Positions 34,923 to 48,973 of a stretch of DNA of 64,000 bases are shown here, one piece after another. Source of the DNA: Octopus sinensis (taxonomy: Eukaryota); assembly GCF_006345805.1 (NCBI RefSeq), contig NC_043003.1, positions 92,318,001-92,382,000 of the forward strand. Reading direction: 5' to 3'. The notes beneath the pieces are model-generated. The model was not told where the DNA came from, ran no database searches, and saw nothing but the letters and a program-made list of their open reading frames with translations. How positions within the stretch are numbered: the first letter of the stretch is position 1; each line of letters starts with the position of its first letter. The position numbers and the translations under genes were made by a program.

Positions 34923-36964
34923 TTTACACTAGGCCACTTGGTGTTGAATAGATATGCTATTAAATTAGTATCTAATTCTCTCACCCTTATTAATTAATTA
35001 TATATATATATATATATTTATATATCTTAAAGAGATTTGTTATGAAAAGCCAAAACAATGCTGTTCCAGCTTTACACTACAAATCTCTTTAAAGTTATAC
35101 CACAATGCTTCACCAAAGCTACCTCATATGTATGTATGTATGCATGCATGCATGTATGTATACACACACACACAGTAGAGTGTTATCTGTCACACGACAG
35201 GCAACTTTAGAAGAATATTTTTGCTACAATGCGTAATATCAGGAAATACAACGTACATAAAATAATTATAAATTAACCTTTATTGAATTTCTTGGTGCTT
35301 ATACAAAATGATGGAATGAATACTGATTGCCAAAAGTGGAAACCAAATTTATTTCTTTAGAATAAAATTGAACAAATTTCTCATCTATGGCTCCTCCCAT
35401 AAATACTATGTCATTTACTCCCTCTCCTCCTCTGTCTCTCACTTTATGTAGTATTTTTTTACTCATTGCCTACCACCAAGCCTAGTATGTACACCCATCC
35501 TGCCCCTCTTGTTAACTTTTACTGCATTTCTCTACTCTTCTCTCTCCCTCTACACACACAATCCATTATTATTATTTAACATCCCCTTTTCCGTGCTGGC
35601 ATACACACATATATATGCATGTAAAGTACACACACATGCTCGCATAGAGTTTACATCAACTAAAATCCACTCATAAGGCATTGGTCAATCTTAGGTTATT
35701 GAAGGCATTAGCCCAGGGTAATGTAAGAGATTGAACCCAGAGCCTACTGACTGCAAAGTGAATTTCTTCAACACACAGCCATACGTGACCAGAGGTCAGC
35801 TATGAAAGAAATGTGGTCCAGTGCATAATATATGAGAGATGCATATCACAACCAATGAAATTGCTTTCTGTGACTAGAAATTAACAAAAGAGATGATGGT
35901 CGCTAAAAGGTCACAATCACTAAATGATTAATTTTCTTATTGATAATTAAAGGGAAATATTTATTTTATTGATTATTACTGTTGTACATGTATTTACCAT
36001 GGCTATAAGATGGGTGGGATAGGATTGGCGAATTTATATATTTGTATATTGCAAGAGCAATTAATATTTTTAAATAGATGAGTGTCATTGCTACTTCTGA
36101 ACACCCAATTGTGTAGTTACTGTTGAACTCCAGGTCAGCTTTGACTAAGCAGACTTATGAATAAAAGTATTCCAGCCATGACTATCCCACTAGATATTGC
36201 ATGTCTAGTACTACATTATCCGATGAGTCCACTTTTTAAAACTGTCATCATCATTTTAACATCCACTTTTCCATGCTTGCATGGGTTGGACACAGTTTGC
36301 TGAGGCAGATTTTCTGGATGCCCTGTTGCCAACACTACTGTGTATAATTAGAGGAAGAGCTGGCTCCTATTTCTAGTAAATCAACCAACAAAAGAGCAAC
36401 TCCCAAAGTGGCTCATCTTGACTGTGATATAGGAATAGAAGCTATAGTTGGACAGGCAGACACAAGCAAGCTGAGTATTATATATCAAGTCCAATGGTAC
36501 AACCATTTCATTTTTTTTTCTTTTTGTCAATGAATTTCTATTACATCATTATCTCCAATGGAAGAACATAACAAAAGAGGAGAATAGCGCAACTGAATCT
36601 AGTTACTTAAGCACTGACATGAATTATTCTTTTATGTCTCAGTATAGTATTGAAACAGATGCAAGCATCAATAATAGCAACAGTGTTATACACAGAAGAG
36701 AGAAAACTGGAATAATTCAGAAGACACATGAAAAATATAAAAGTAAAACCATCCTGTAACAATTGGTTCTTTGCTATCAATATTTCTTCCAAGTAAACTA
36801 CATTATGACTTTATCATTTATCTTTTACTTGTTTAATCAGTTGTTAGACTGTGGCCATGCTGGGGCACCAACTTTAAGAATCTTAGTAAAAAAACAAAAC
36901 AAAATCAACCCTAGTATTTCTTTCTTTTGTAAGTGTGCATGTACAATATATATATATATATATA

Positions 36965-37164
36965 TATATCATCATCTTCATTGTTGTTTAACATCCGCTT
37001 TCCATGCTGGCATGGGTTGGATGGTTTGACTGAGGGTTGGCAAACCAGAAGGCTGCACTAGGCTCTAATCTGATCTGGCAAAGTTTTCACAGTTGGATGC
37101 CCTTCCTGATGCCAACCACTCTGAGAGTGTAGTGGGTGCTTTTTATGTGCCACTGGCATGAGGG

Positions 37165-37165
<1 letters not shown>
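36965..37165 (-). mobile_element. 5'-truncated RTE tail
   Basis: catcatc...tttaacatccgctttccatgctggcatgggttgg is the reverse complement of the LINE 3' end. Confidence 0.8.
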
Positions 37166-37200
<35 letters not shown>

Positions 37201-37202
<2 letters not shown>

Positions 37203-37371
37203 CGGAGGAGTGGCTGTGTGGTAAGTAGCTTACTTACGAACCACATGGTTCCGGGCTCAGTTCCACTGCGTGGTATCTTGGGCAAGTGTCTTCTACTATA
37301 GCTTTGGGCCGACCAAAGCCTTGTGAATGGATTTGGCAGATGGATACTGAAAGGAGCCTGTTGTGTATATG

Positions 37372-37410
<39 letters not shown>

Positions 37411-37616
37411 ATATGTTTGTGTGTCTGTGTTTGTTCCCCCTACATCACTTAACAACCAATGCTGGTGTGTTTACATCCCCATAACTTAGCGGTTTAGCAA
37501 AAGAGACCGATAGAATAAGTACTAGGCTTACAAAGAGTAATTCCTGGGGTTGATTTTTTCGACTAAAGGCGGTGCTCCAGCATGGCCACAGTCAAATGAC
37601 TGAAACAAAAAAGAGG
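37201..37616 (+). mobile_element. SINE family A, full length, with internal (TA)/(TG) tract
   Basis: tRNA-like head ggcggaggagtggctgtgtggtaag...ggctcagttcc, internal microsatellite, tail gtcaaatgactgaaac. Confidence 0.88.
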
Positions 37617-37755
37617 AACACACACACACACAAATGTAAAGTTTCTTCTGAAAATTATAAACAAACCATCACCCTTGAACTTATGGTTTCTCCATAATGT
37701 TATGATACCAATGAAACTGAAGCAACAAATACCAATTCTGATCAGAAGTACTCAC

Positions 37756-38032
37756 TTAGATTGCCATTGTTCAGCTTCTGTTGTTCAGCTTGACCTTTCA
37801 GAGCTTTTAATTTCTTCAGTTTCAATTCTTGGGATTCAACCCTCTCACGAAGTTTCCGAAGCTGGTCATTCTCGGCAATCGTTTGTTGGTGTTGAGCATC
37901 TTGATTCCGTAAGTACTTCAAGCGCTGCTCTTTGGTTAGCAAGATTTTTTGTTGTGCCTCCAGCTCTCTCTGCTGATGAGCAGAAATCTCTTGTAGTTCT
38001 CCAAATGTCATATCCACTCCACCATGTGGCAG
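37756..38032 (-). CDS. ASPP: ASPP exon, start of the coiled coil (most 5' exon found)
   Basis: LPHGGVDMTFGELQEISAHQQRELEAQQKILLTKEQRLKYL...KLNNGNL matches ASPP [36 protein letters not shown]. Acceptor tcttttatag, donor GTGAGT. Confidence 0.94.
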
Positions 38033-38429
38033 CTATAAAAGAGTCAAACATTTCATTGTAAATATACTTTTTTAAGTAAGGCAGATGTAAGTAGGAAAAC
38101 AGAACAATTCATATGTTAGTTCTAAGACAATACAAATTACATTTTTTGCCTCACGTATGCTCTGACTGAACAAATGTGATCAAAAGCATGCTAGAATAGT
38201 GAGAATCCAAACAATAACATAATCTATTCATTCTCAATACGTTCTGGTAGATTTAAACATGAATGTGTTGACTGCCATTGTTTTCTATCATTGGAGAATA
38301 TGTCTTCTCTTTAGACATATGATTCACTGATGTAAGGAGACTTTGAGACACCATGGTGTTTCAACTTTATTGTGTCTCTTCAGTGAAAACCACCGCAAGA
38401 GTCTAACAAGAGTTCTGACTTATTTATAG

Positions 38430-38680
38430 GAATCAGTGAATAAATTATTTAGGCTTCATAGCCAAGATTATCCAAATTCAAAATTAGTAAAGGATATAAA
38501 GCTTGGTAGAACTGAAAGGACTAAGAGCTCTTTTTTTTTAGGTGAACAGTGAATTCAACTCTGTATCTAAGCTGAAGGTGACAAAATTTTCTCATTGTTG
38601 ATGAGACAGCAGACATTTCTATTCTGAAGCAAATTGTCCAGTATCATGGTGAAGATAAAGAAGAATTATATGAATACTGA
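38430..38680 (+). pseudogene. hAT transposase relic
   Basis: PNSKLVKDIKLGRT and FLIVDETADISILKQ resemble the hAT PDSKIAK..LGRTK and DE(T/S)TDIS..Q motifs. Confidence 0.5.
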
Positions 38681-39564
38681 TTCTATTTTGTCTTCTCATT
38701 AATAAAGATTAAAGAGAGAAAGAAGATATAAGATAGAAAACAGTAAGCAGGGTAGGCCAGTAGGTAGATTGGTATAGTGTTCATGAGAGAGATTAAAAGA
38801 GTGAGTGGAAGTAAGAGAGAGATAGAGAGAGAAAGACAATGATGGGCACTAAGAGAAGAGTAAATTAGCAGCTAATATTCCAAAGTTCATTGAGGTGCTG
38901 CACAATTTATTAGAAAGCTTATTAAACAATAGTTTGTTATTAGATTAAGTGGATTAAGATAGAGTCAATCGTATATAATCTCAGATCTTTATGAATCTGT
39001 AATCGGCTCTGTTACCTGCAGTACACTGAGGACAATAAAATGTGATTAGAATTTCTTTCATTGTCTCCGATATGGGCAATAATTGTTCTATGTGAGCAAA
39101 TATGACAGTTCATTCGTAATTAGGGTTAGGGTTAATTTTGTGATTAACGAACTGTTTGAGTTTTAAATTGTTGCTACTTCAAACTAGAATGCTTTCTAAC
39201 TATGAGAGAAAAATAGATATCTTAAATCCAGTTTAATTATTTCTTACATAGATACATGGGAAAAAATTTGGAGGGGAGAACAGCGTATTGAATAACTCCC
39301 AATTAAAAGGAAGAAAAGCAAAAACTGATTCCAGCAGAATTGAACTCCAAACACAAAGGTATGTAGCTAAATACAGCAAAAACATTTTGTCAAATCATTT
39401 ACCAATTCTGCTATCTACCTTCCTCCATTGACATAGTGGAAGCCATGAGAGCCACTGCCTGGTATTGCATCAGGGCACATAATAATAATAATAATAATGA
39501 TGATGGTAATGATGATGATGATGATGAGGAGGAGGAGGAGGAGGAGAAGAACAACAACAATAAT

Positions 39565-39740
39565 GAACTGAGCAATTATAAAGATCTTGAAATAAACTGA
39601 GCAAGTATAAAGATCTTGAAATAGTAATGAGCAAAATGTGGAACCTGAAGACTAAAACAATACCTGTTGTCATAGGTGCCCTGGGAATGATAGCAAAAGG
39701 GGCTGATTGCTACCTAGCTCAGATATCAGGAAACCCCCCA
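39565..39740 (+). pseudogene. C-terminal fragment of an RLE-type (R4/NeSL/HERO-like) non-LTR retrotransposon
   Basis: KLSKYKDLEIVMSKMWNLKTKTIPVVIGALGMI is the typical K..KY.DL...PVVIGALG end of restriction-like endonuclease domains. There is a 29-bp tandem duplication at its 5' end. Confidence 0.7.
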
Positions 39741-40199
39741 ATTTTTTTTTCCTTTTATACAGACTGTCAAATTTAGCTTGAACACCTGGTAATTATAAAT
39801 TTCTTTAATTTAGCTGGAACTGAAATGTATAATTGATGCAGATTAATATGTGATGGTTCCTTTTTTCTTTTATCAATAAAGTTCTGCTGCTCTGACTGAC
39901 AAAAAATGGGGAAATGGGGGTTATCCTGATGAGTGCAGTATTCTGAAGGGCCAGGAAACCAACAAACTAGTTTCAAGGAGAGTAAACATGGTCTGTGTTA
40001 ATATAAAAGTAGTTAAATAAATTTGCAAAATACACACACACACATAGATGTGTGATGCAAAGAGATAAGAATATTTCAAGCAGAGTCCCTTTGTAGAAAA
40101 TGAAAATTAATTGAGTATTTGTTGGGTTGGGTTAAGTTGAGGTCATATTCTGACACTGAACCTTACCAAATGTATGAAGCATTTCATAGGTTTTATATC

Positions 40200-40385
40200 A
40201 CCATCATTGTTTAATGTCCGTTTTCCATGCTAGCATGCGTTGGACGGTTCGACTGGGGTCTGGGAAGCCAGGAGGCGGCACCAGGCTCCAGTCTGATCTG
40301 GCAGTGTTTCTACAGCTGGATGCCCTTCCTAATGCCAACCACTCCATGAGTGTAGTAGACCAACCACTCCGTGAGTGTAGTCCAA
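40200..40385 (-). mobile_element. 5'-truncated RTE tail
   Basis: Reverse complement of the LINE 3' end, with a short tandem duplication at the truncation point. Confidence 0.8.
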
Positions 40386-40954
40386 TTGGCATTACTTGTA
40401 TTAGCATCAAGTTAAAATGCCATCAGAAGTTGATTTTGCTGTCTTTTATCTGCTACTGGCAATGTTGGTGTAGTGGAGATGTGCCCTTTGTAATGAAACG
40501 AGTACCAGTAACAACATTGGAATGAATTCAAGTGGTTAGAATTCCCCAACCTAGTTGAAAATCATTACTATATTAATCGATGAGCTATTTATGTCACACG
40601 TGACGTAAACAGATATACAAAGCAGTAAATGACGTAAATGTAAACTGATTGAGGTCATCAGATAATAATCATGCTGTGCAACTGTAGTAACAAAATTATA
40701 ATAGGCCAAAAATCATTTTAAAGCAAGAGCAGAAAGTTTTGAAATAAAAAGACAGGAAGAAGATATTAATTTTCTAACAGAACTCTAGACACTCCTGCAC
40801 TGTCCCTGAGTGGAACACCTTAAATTTGGGTGACTGACTAGGTAAATAATCAAAAGTACTTTAGGTGAATAAGAAAGTTGAATGATAAACTATGTAAAGA
40901 ATGTCAACTGTATCTTAGAGGAGTGGAAGCAGAGGAGAGAAGAAAGCTACAGAA

Positions 40955-41230
40955 TCATCATCATCATCATCGTCGTTTAACGTCCACTTTCCATGCTAGC
41001 ATGGGTTGAACGATTTGACTGAGGGCTGGCGACCCAGATGGCTGCACCAGGCTCCAATCTGATCTGGCAGAGTTTCTACAGCTGGATGCCCTTCCTAATG
41101 CCAACCACTCCGACAGTGTAGTGGGTGCTTTTACGTGCCACTGGCATGAGGGCCAGTCAGGCAGTACTGCCAACGGCCACGCTGAAATGGTGCTTTTTAT
41201 GTGCCACCTACACAGGACCCAGTCCAGTGG
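40955..41230 (-). mobile_element. 5'-truncated RTE tail
   Basis: (CAT)n then cgtttaacgtccactttccatgctagcatgggttg, plus two 3'UTR repeat units. Confidence 0.82.
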
Positions 41231-41668
41231 CACTGACAGCGACCTTGCTCTATATAAATATTATGTAATGGTGTATGTGTGTGCGCATAGTATCTCAATG
41301 ACTGACAATGGGGCAATGTTGGTAGTTTGGTAAATTATAGGCACCTTTATGAATGATTACAAGCATCTGCATAATACAATATGCAGCATTTCTTTTTATT
41401 ATTACTATTAATTTATCAATATGATTAATGGAACTTAAACAACAAATTTTAAACCCCTTTGTTTATAAGAACTAAAACAACAGGGTTTTAATTTTAGTGA
41501 AATACATCAACAAAACACAAGATTTGTTTCAACGAATCGAGAATCTTACAAACCAAATACAGAAAGCAAAATTTGTCAGATAGTCTTCAGCTGGTACGTG
41601 GCGAGTTTCCAGAAAAGAAACATTATAAAATGGTTATGCATTATTGTATTATTTGTTTACAAAATAAA

Positions 41669-42048
41669 TCTCTCTATATTTAAATGGCAAAATGTCTGTC
41701 TGTGTGTGTGTGTGTGTCCTTTATACAAATCCACAATTTTTCAGTTAGAGAGCTCGCACTTTCTATGGTCATTCAAAACCGTCCAAGGGTGGTCATGCAC
41801 ATCATTACATTTCCCCAGTCACCCTGCAAAGCCATTAAAAAAATCAATAGAAGTGACTTTTTTCATGAATTTTCTATCCAAAACCCAATCAAAATGCCCG
41901 AAACTTGATACACCAATTGAATACCAGCTAGCTGTATGTGATTGGTTGGAGATTTGGACAGTACTCGCGTGTATGTGTGCACGCACGCACGCAGCTGTAT
42001 ATAAATGCACTAGCACTATGAACTGGCATCACCAGGTCATAGTGCTAG
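41669..42048 (+). mobile_element. Non-autonomous Helitron of a second family
   Basis: A^TC start, 3' hairpin gcactatgaactgg-catca-ccaggtcatagtgc running into CTAG^T. Confidence 0.8.
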
Positions 42049-42118
42049 TATAAGATAAAAAAAATTGTCAACTATTATTATATTCATTATATATATTGTT
42101 TCCAGTATAAATTAATAT

Positions 42119-42165
42119 TTCCCCACCAATGTTCTAGGGACAGTCCCTAGAACATTGGTGGGGAA
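42119..42165. repeat. Perfect 47-bp palindrome (23-bp arms, 1-nt centre)
   Basis: ttccccaccaatgttctagggac-a-gtccctagaacattggtggggaa. Confidence 0.97.
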
Positions 42166-42229
42166 GAAAAAAAACTGCCAGTATGCCACATCAGATAGTT
42201 TGAGAAGCACTGGTCTACAGTGACACAGT

Positions 42230-42780
42230 CCCTCACCTTCCAACCTAAATTTACATTTACAGAATGGAAGGGAAAAGGAGAGATAGACTTGACTATTTCA
42301 AAACCTAAGTGTAGAAAGCCAGTCTTATGTATTGTAGTTTTTGTTATATTGCATATGTCTGTTAGCCAAATGAGAGATTCAGTGATGACCAGGTCTAGCA
42401 TTTGTCATAACTCTGAAGGTTTTAGTAGCATGTTGTTCATGTTTAAGGGTGACAATGTTTTGTTTATATGTAGTGACTGAATCTCTGTGCAGTAAATAGA
42501 GGTAAATATTGGTCTGAGAGTATTTTTGAGGTCTCTATCTATGGAGGCAGTGTAAGTTTGTTACAGGGTGTCCACAGTGGATGTGGATGATGCTTAAAAG
42601 GGAAAGGTAAAAAGGAAAGAAGTGGTGATATCATCTACATATGAGTGAGTATTGATGGTAATGGCAAGTGGGCCAGTGATATATACAAGGAAGAGTTTTG
42701 AGGATAACTAAACTTTGGGGCACACCAGAGCTGAAAAACTGTGGATCAAAGAGAGCACCATCAATTCATGAAATCTAAGG
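42230..42780 (-). pseudogene. Highly decayed CR1/L2-like RT relic
   Basis: SGVPQ-like motif at ~42712-42730, YVDD at 42630-42641, then LDLVITESLIW..I resembling LG..I...L.W..HI. Confidence 0.5.
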
Positions 42781-43610
42781 ATAGTAAATTGCTGTAAACA
42801 GTGGCAGCAATGTAAAATTGATGAGTGTGTAACTGGTTTATATTATCAACTCAGTTTCTCTCTAAGCGAATTTTGACAAAATTTCTGTGTTTAGATAAAA
42901 CTTCATTTCAGTGGAAGATTTATCTCCCACCTGTTCAGTGCTAAACAAATACTAATCACATGGATCCTCATGATTCATTAAGGATTAACCAAGTAAAAAT
43001 GCTGTTGACATGTATTGGGAGTAGTGGTGGATTTGAAGAGATTAAATAGGAAAGCAGGAGAAAGAGGAGATTTTAAAAGATTCTATAGGATCTTGTTTCA
43101 TATAAGCTGGCAGAAGCAGTGAACACAGCTATCTTCTTTCTTTAATTTATATCAAATTTACAATAAGATGGAGTCTAATATACTAAAGCATGTCCAAAGA
43201 GATAACTTCTGTGTTTAGTTTATATAAGGCAACATAGAAGCTGCTAAACAATAAGTATTCATAAATAACATAGTTAAAATATAACTTGCATCTTTTTCTA
43301 TAATCAAAGATTCTAATATGTGACTCAGTTCCTTTCATACTTCACACACAGCTGGTGTTAATCTTCTGGAAAGACTTTATATAAAATATTGAATGCAGTC
43401 ACCTTCCCACACATTTAATATGAAATTTGGAGAATTGAGAGAGGGTTTTCGTCCATTTTTTTGAGTTAGCCATGAGAGGATGAGCAGGGCACATAATTTT
43501 TGCAGGCCCTGCTTGAACTAACAAGATCAGTGTAGCTGGAGTCAAGCTAAACAGCTGTAGGGTAGGTGGGGTAGCATTTTGTCTGGAAAAGTCAACTTCC
43601 CTAAACTATA

Positions 43611-43972
43611 CTTTTACTTGTTTCAGTCATTTGACTGTGGCCATGCTGGAGCACCACCTTTAGTCGAGCAAATCGACCCCAGGACTTATTCTTTGTAAGC
43701 CTAGTACTTATTCTGTCAATCTCTTTTGCCAAACCGCTAAGTTACGGGAATGTAAACACACCAGCATCAGTTGTCAAGCGATGTTGGGGGGATACAGATA
43801 CACATACATACATATATATGATGGGCTTCTTTGAGTTTCCATCTACCAAATCTAAATGGTCAGCCTTAGGCTATAGTAGAAGACACTTGCCCAAGGTGCT
43901 ACCCAGTGGGACTGAACCTGGAACCATGTGGTTCATAAGCAAGCTACTTACCACACAGCCACTCCTACACCT
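43611..43972 (-). mobile_element. SINE family A, full length
   Basis: Reverse complement of the copies at 37201 and 57301. Confidence 0.87.
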
Positions 43973-44755
43973 ATCATCAACATTTCAAATATAATTTTAA
44001 AAGAAAATCCAATCCCTATATCATTTGTCATTTAAATTACCCTTTTACTATGCTGGCATGGCTCAGAGGAAACTTACTGGAACAGCTTTTCTACAGCCAA
44101 CTGCATTTCTTATCAAACCTAACCTGTTTCCAAGTAAGGCATTATTTCTTCTGGTCCTTCAAATAAACAATTCACTAGCTAGACATGTTTTCATTGAAGA
44201 TGATAAATAATGGCACCATTTGTATGGACAGTGATCTTGTTTTTATGCAGTGGGCAAACAACATCAAGACAAGAAGAAGGATACCCACACAGACACACAC
44301 AAAACGATTCTGATCTGTATAGCAATTCCACTCCCAAGGCATTGATCAATCTAAGACCATAGGAGAAGACACCTACCTGCAATGCCATGCAGTAAGAACA
44401 TTAAACCACAAGATGCAAACTTCTTAACCACAGGGCCATGCCTATACAGTGTTAAGAAGGGCATGCAACCATAGAAAACAGGGCAAAGTAGACACTGGAG
44501 CACAATGCAACCCTTCAACATGTCAGTTCTTGTCAAACCATTCAATGTATGCCAGCATGCATGAAAGACAAATATTAAATGATGATATACATACAGACAC
44601 ATACAAATAATATTCTCTTCCAGATTTATATAAAAGGCATAAAATTTTCTGTAAAATATTATATCTGATGAGTCTTGGAAACAAGATGAAAGTGATAATA
44701 TTTATCCAATAATCTGACTACCTCCTTTTTCTTAATATATAAAATCTGTGCATGG

Positions 44756-44789
<34 letters not shown>

Positions 44790-45574
44790 GGTTTGTAGTG
44801 GTGTACGAACTAGAGTCCACCAAATTTTAATCACAAGACTTTGGTTCACCTGAGGGTATAGTAGAAGATACTTACCCAAGGTGCTGTTCAATGGACTCAA
44901 ATCAGATGCCATGTAGTTGCAAAGTAATATCAACTATACAGCCATGCCTATACATATAATTTCCAACATAACCACAAGACCTTACCTTATGTGGGAGGGA
45001 GGGAAGGGTTAATGAAATCAATTCTAGTAATTATTTCAATTGGATCAATCAGAGTACCCGTTGAACTGAGAGGTGAAGAGATTCAAAAGGTTTCACAAAA
45101 GCTATCAAGATCCTCAGAATGAAGCACCATATTTATTATTTAAAACTGTGTTGAGACAGCAACTCATTTGTTGTAAATTAAGGTTTATTTAAAAAAAAAT
45201 AAACTTACAGACTTCCATACACTACGTACTTTTTATAAAAGCATTAGTAAGGTATCAAGAATTAGGTCGTAGACTAGATTTAATTAAAATACTCACCACA
45301 AAAATAATTAAGAGAATTGGAGAAGTAAATTTCAAAATTATCACAGACAAAATTAGCTAGAAGAATAAATGAAAGCTACATATATTGACCAAAGGCAATT
45401 AATTAGTTGACATGCCAAGTTACTGAATGAATAACAAAGATCCAATTGTTCCAAAGCAGTACCATAAATTAGAAAACTAACTCCTCAACCACTCTCTGTT
45501 TTTTAGTTTATTGAGATGAGAAGTGGAGAGTGGGACTAGTCTTTCTTCACCTTACTTGTTTTAATCATTAGCCT

Positions 45575-46021
45575 GCAGCCATGTTGGGGTACTGCCTTGA
45601 AAATTTTTTAGTCAAATGAATCAACTCCAGTACATTTTTGTTTTCTTTTTTTGTTAAGCTTCATTTTTGCTGAACTGCTAAGTTACAGGGATGTAAGCAC
45701 ACCAACACTGGTTGTGAAGCAGTGATGGTTGTGGGGACCAGACGCTAAGACACACACACACACATCACATATATCATCATCATCTTCGTTTAGCGTCTGC
45801 TTTCCATGCTAGCATGGGTTGAACGGTTCAACTGGGGTCTGGGAAGCCAGAAGGCTGCACCAGGCCCAGTCTGATCTGGCAATGTTTCTATGGCTGGATG
45901 CCCTTCCTAACGCTAACCACTCCGTGAGTGTAGTGGGTGCTTTTTACGTGCCATCGGCACAGGTGCCAGACGAGGCTGGCAAACGGCCACGATCGAATGG
46001 TGCTTTTTACGTGCCACTGGC

Positions 46022-46069
<48 letters not shown>

Positions 46070-46230
46070 CATTAGGCTTCTTTCAGCTTCTGCTTACTGA
46101 ATCCACTCACAAGCCTTTGCTCAGCTGGAGGCTATGGGAGAAGACACTTGCCCAAGGTGTCAAGTAGTGGGATAGAATCCAGAACCATGTGGTTGGGAAG
46201 CAAGCTTCTTACCACACAGCTATGCCTGCC
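45575..46230 (-). mobile_element. SINE family A split by an RTE tail (45775-46025) at its internal microsatellite
   Basis: SINE 3' half at 45575-45770, RTE tail, (TA)n, then SINE 5' half at 46070-46230. Confidence 0.75.
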
Positions 46231-47624
46231 ATGTTGAATCAGGTAGAGGAGACTTGTGAGAGTGAAGTAGAGAATGCTTGGTCTGGCCATCTGAAGATCA
46301 ATTTCTTTAAGGGAAAGAAAAAAAAAAAGCAAAGAGGCAACTGAGTGAGAAAACCTGGCTGGGCAACATCTGCTAAAGGCATCCAAGTAGCCAGTGGTAT
46401 TGTTTAACAAGGTAACAAGTATCAAGATCACCACACAAGAGGGCAACAATAAAACTGATCCAAGAGAAAACCTCATTGATGGTTGTGAAACCTACAAGAA
46501 ATAGTAACTAGATTTTCCCTTAAATCACACCTTACCATTTAAGAAAAAGCAGGACACTGGATAATGTAGTCCTAGATACACTATGTCAGAAATTGATGGT
46601 CACAACAGAAACAAATCGTTAGTTTGCTTAATCAGTGCTGATCTGGGTCATAACCAGAATTATTTATAAGCTACTGCACTGTTTATATGATACTAAATGT
46701 ATAAAAATTTAAATGAAGACTGAATCAAAGGAGCCTCTATTCACATGTTTGAGCAGCAAGAAATAACAGTCAAATCTCTTTCAAATCACATCTTACTATC
46801 TTTAAAAAGAATGACAAATTAAATAATGTGGTCTACTACATACAATAAGTGAGAATAAGGCAGAATGGTCCCTACTGGAACATTTTTGACTACAGAGCAG
46901 ATCTAGGGCCATATACAGTGGATTAGATACATGTTCTATGAATAGTTCTGTAAAACTTTTTTTTTATAGTACTTATAATCTATGATGAATGAGGAAGGTG
47001 TATGAATAAAGTGTGTCAGGTAAGAAGTAGAATGGCAGAGGTAATGGTGGTGATTCAGGTACACAATAAGGCAGTGGTGACAGTAGATATGTTATAATAG
47101 TAGGAGTTTGTGAATGTTGGCTGGGAATGAATAGTTTAGTTAGACCACCCATGTGTATATAAGTAAGCTATGAAAAACAGAACAATGTGTATGAGTGGAG
47201 GGAGTGGGGATAGAACTATTACCTTTGGTTCACTCAGTGGAGTGTGGTGGTAGGAGGAGGAGAACAAAACTAGAAGAGTGCCACAAGAGTATAACTAACT
47301 ATCTCTATAGGATCAATTAATGACTAATGTAAACATGTCACTAAAGAAATCAATACTAGGATTATAAAATGCTCGTGTATGAGTGTGGGTGGTGTATGTG
47401 TGTGTTGTGTATGAGAGTGAAAGTGCTCAGGTTTTGTAATTGTGTGAGCACATATATGCATGTGATTTTGCATGCATGCATAAATGTATGTGAGTGTGAA
47501 TGAGTGAATAGTTGACAGAGTGGGCGAACAGTTACTTGAGTGTAAGTGGATGAGGGAGTGAATAAGAGTAAGTGGGTCTTGATAGATAGCTGAGAGAATG
47601 ACCGGGTGAGTGTGAGTATATGGC

Positions 47625-47795
47625 ATCATAGTCAGAGCTGGCAGAAACGTTAGCACGCTGGGTGAAATGCTTAGCAGTATTTTGCCTGTCTTTATGTTCT
47701 GAGTTCAAATTCCATCAAGGTTGACTTCGCCTTTCTTCTTTTCGGGATTGATAAATTAAGTACCAGTTGCATACTAGGGTTGATCTAATCAACCA
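47625..47795 (+). mobile_element. SINE family B
   Basis: gagctggcagaaacgttagcacg...gataaattaagtaccag. Confidence 0.8.
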
Positions 47796-47801
47796 AAATT
47801 T

Positions 47802-47972
47802 TTGGTATTAAAAAGGTTAACAGAGTGGAACTGTATATAATTGGTGGATTTAACCTCCAGTGAGGAATGAGGAATCTCAATTGTCACTGGAAAGTTCTAT
47901 TGGGGTTAAAATTCAAATAGGAAGGTGGAAAATTATGATATTGTAAAACATTTAGTCTAGTATTTGTTTGTG
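47802..47972. repeat. ~170-bp segment duplicated in inverted orientation at 53280-53450
   Basis: About 5 differences by eye between the two copies. Confidence 0.92.
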
Positions 47973-48544
47973 CCTAGACTAGAAAAGAATATAAATATCT
48001 AGCTTATTGAGCTTTTGTGAGTGGAAACACCCAATTCATTGCCACAAGAGCCATTTATCTAGAGTAGATGTAGGGAAATAGTTGTAGGGAAGTGGTAGTG
48101 GTGTCAGCAGGTGAATCTTTCCCTGGCCTTATACATCAAGGTATACAATATACTGCAACAGTGACCCTAACCACTGGGCCAAGGATTAGTACCAGGTTTT
48201 AGAGCATTTTGAACTGAGCAGGCTGTGGTTCATTTTGACCCGTCGATCATTTTGAACTGGGCAGCATTATATATGTATTAGGTAAGTAAATATACGTAGG
48301 TGATTACAAGTGATCTAGACTTCTGGCAATTTGCTGTGCTTGAGAAGACATGCCAAGCTAAGTGAAATCTTGGTTGTGGCTAGTGACACACAAAAGGCAC
48401 CTGTTGTAAAGGATATACATGGCTACTCACCTCATACAGGAGTGGGTGAGAGTAATTGGGGTGGAGCTGGAAAAAGAGATAAAAGAATGGCAATAAGGCA
48501 TCAGGCTGGATCATCAAAGTAGAGACAAAAGAACGAGAGATTTG

Positions 48545-48750
<206 letters not shown>

Positions 48751-48753
48751 ACA

Positions 48754-48973
48754 CAAGGATGTGCTGAAGAGTTCCTGACTTTGGGTAAAAGAAAATACAA
48801 GGGGATCAGTTAATTATGATTTTATTCCACATATCCCCCTCTTGGATTCACACACTTATTGCAATGGCCCCTCAGTTTTTTTTCTAAGCCCTGCAAAAGA
48901 ACTTGGTAGGATAGGCCTTCAATCAGGTCATTTGCGATATCCTTAAAGCCAGGAACTTTGCAGCACCCCCTTG
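48754..48973. mobile_element. Mariner-derived MITE, second copy
   Basis: Reverse-complement homologue of 18075-18292. Confidence 0.7.

Noticed and set aside
37201-37290. tRNA genes at SINE heads (also 57301, 33272, 31800-31870, 59260-59330)
   Set aside because: They have box A/B-like motifs but no complete cloverleaf, and they continue into repeat bodies, so they are tRNA-derived SINE heads.
39120-39133. Interstitial telomeric repeat
   Set aside because: Only two TTAGGG units, which is common by chance or inside MITEs.
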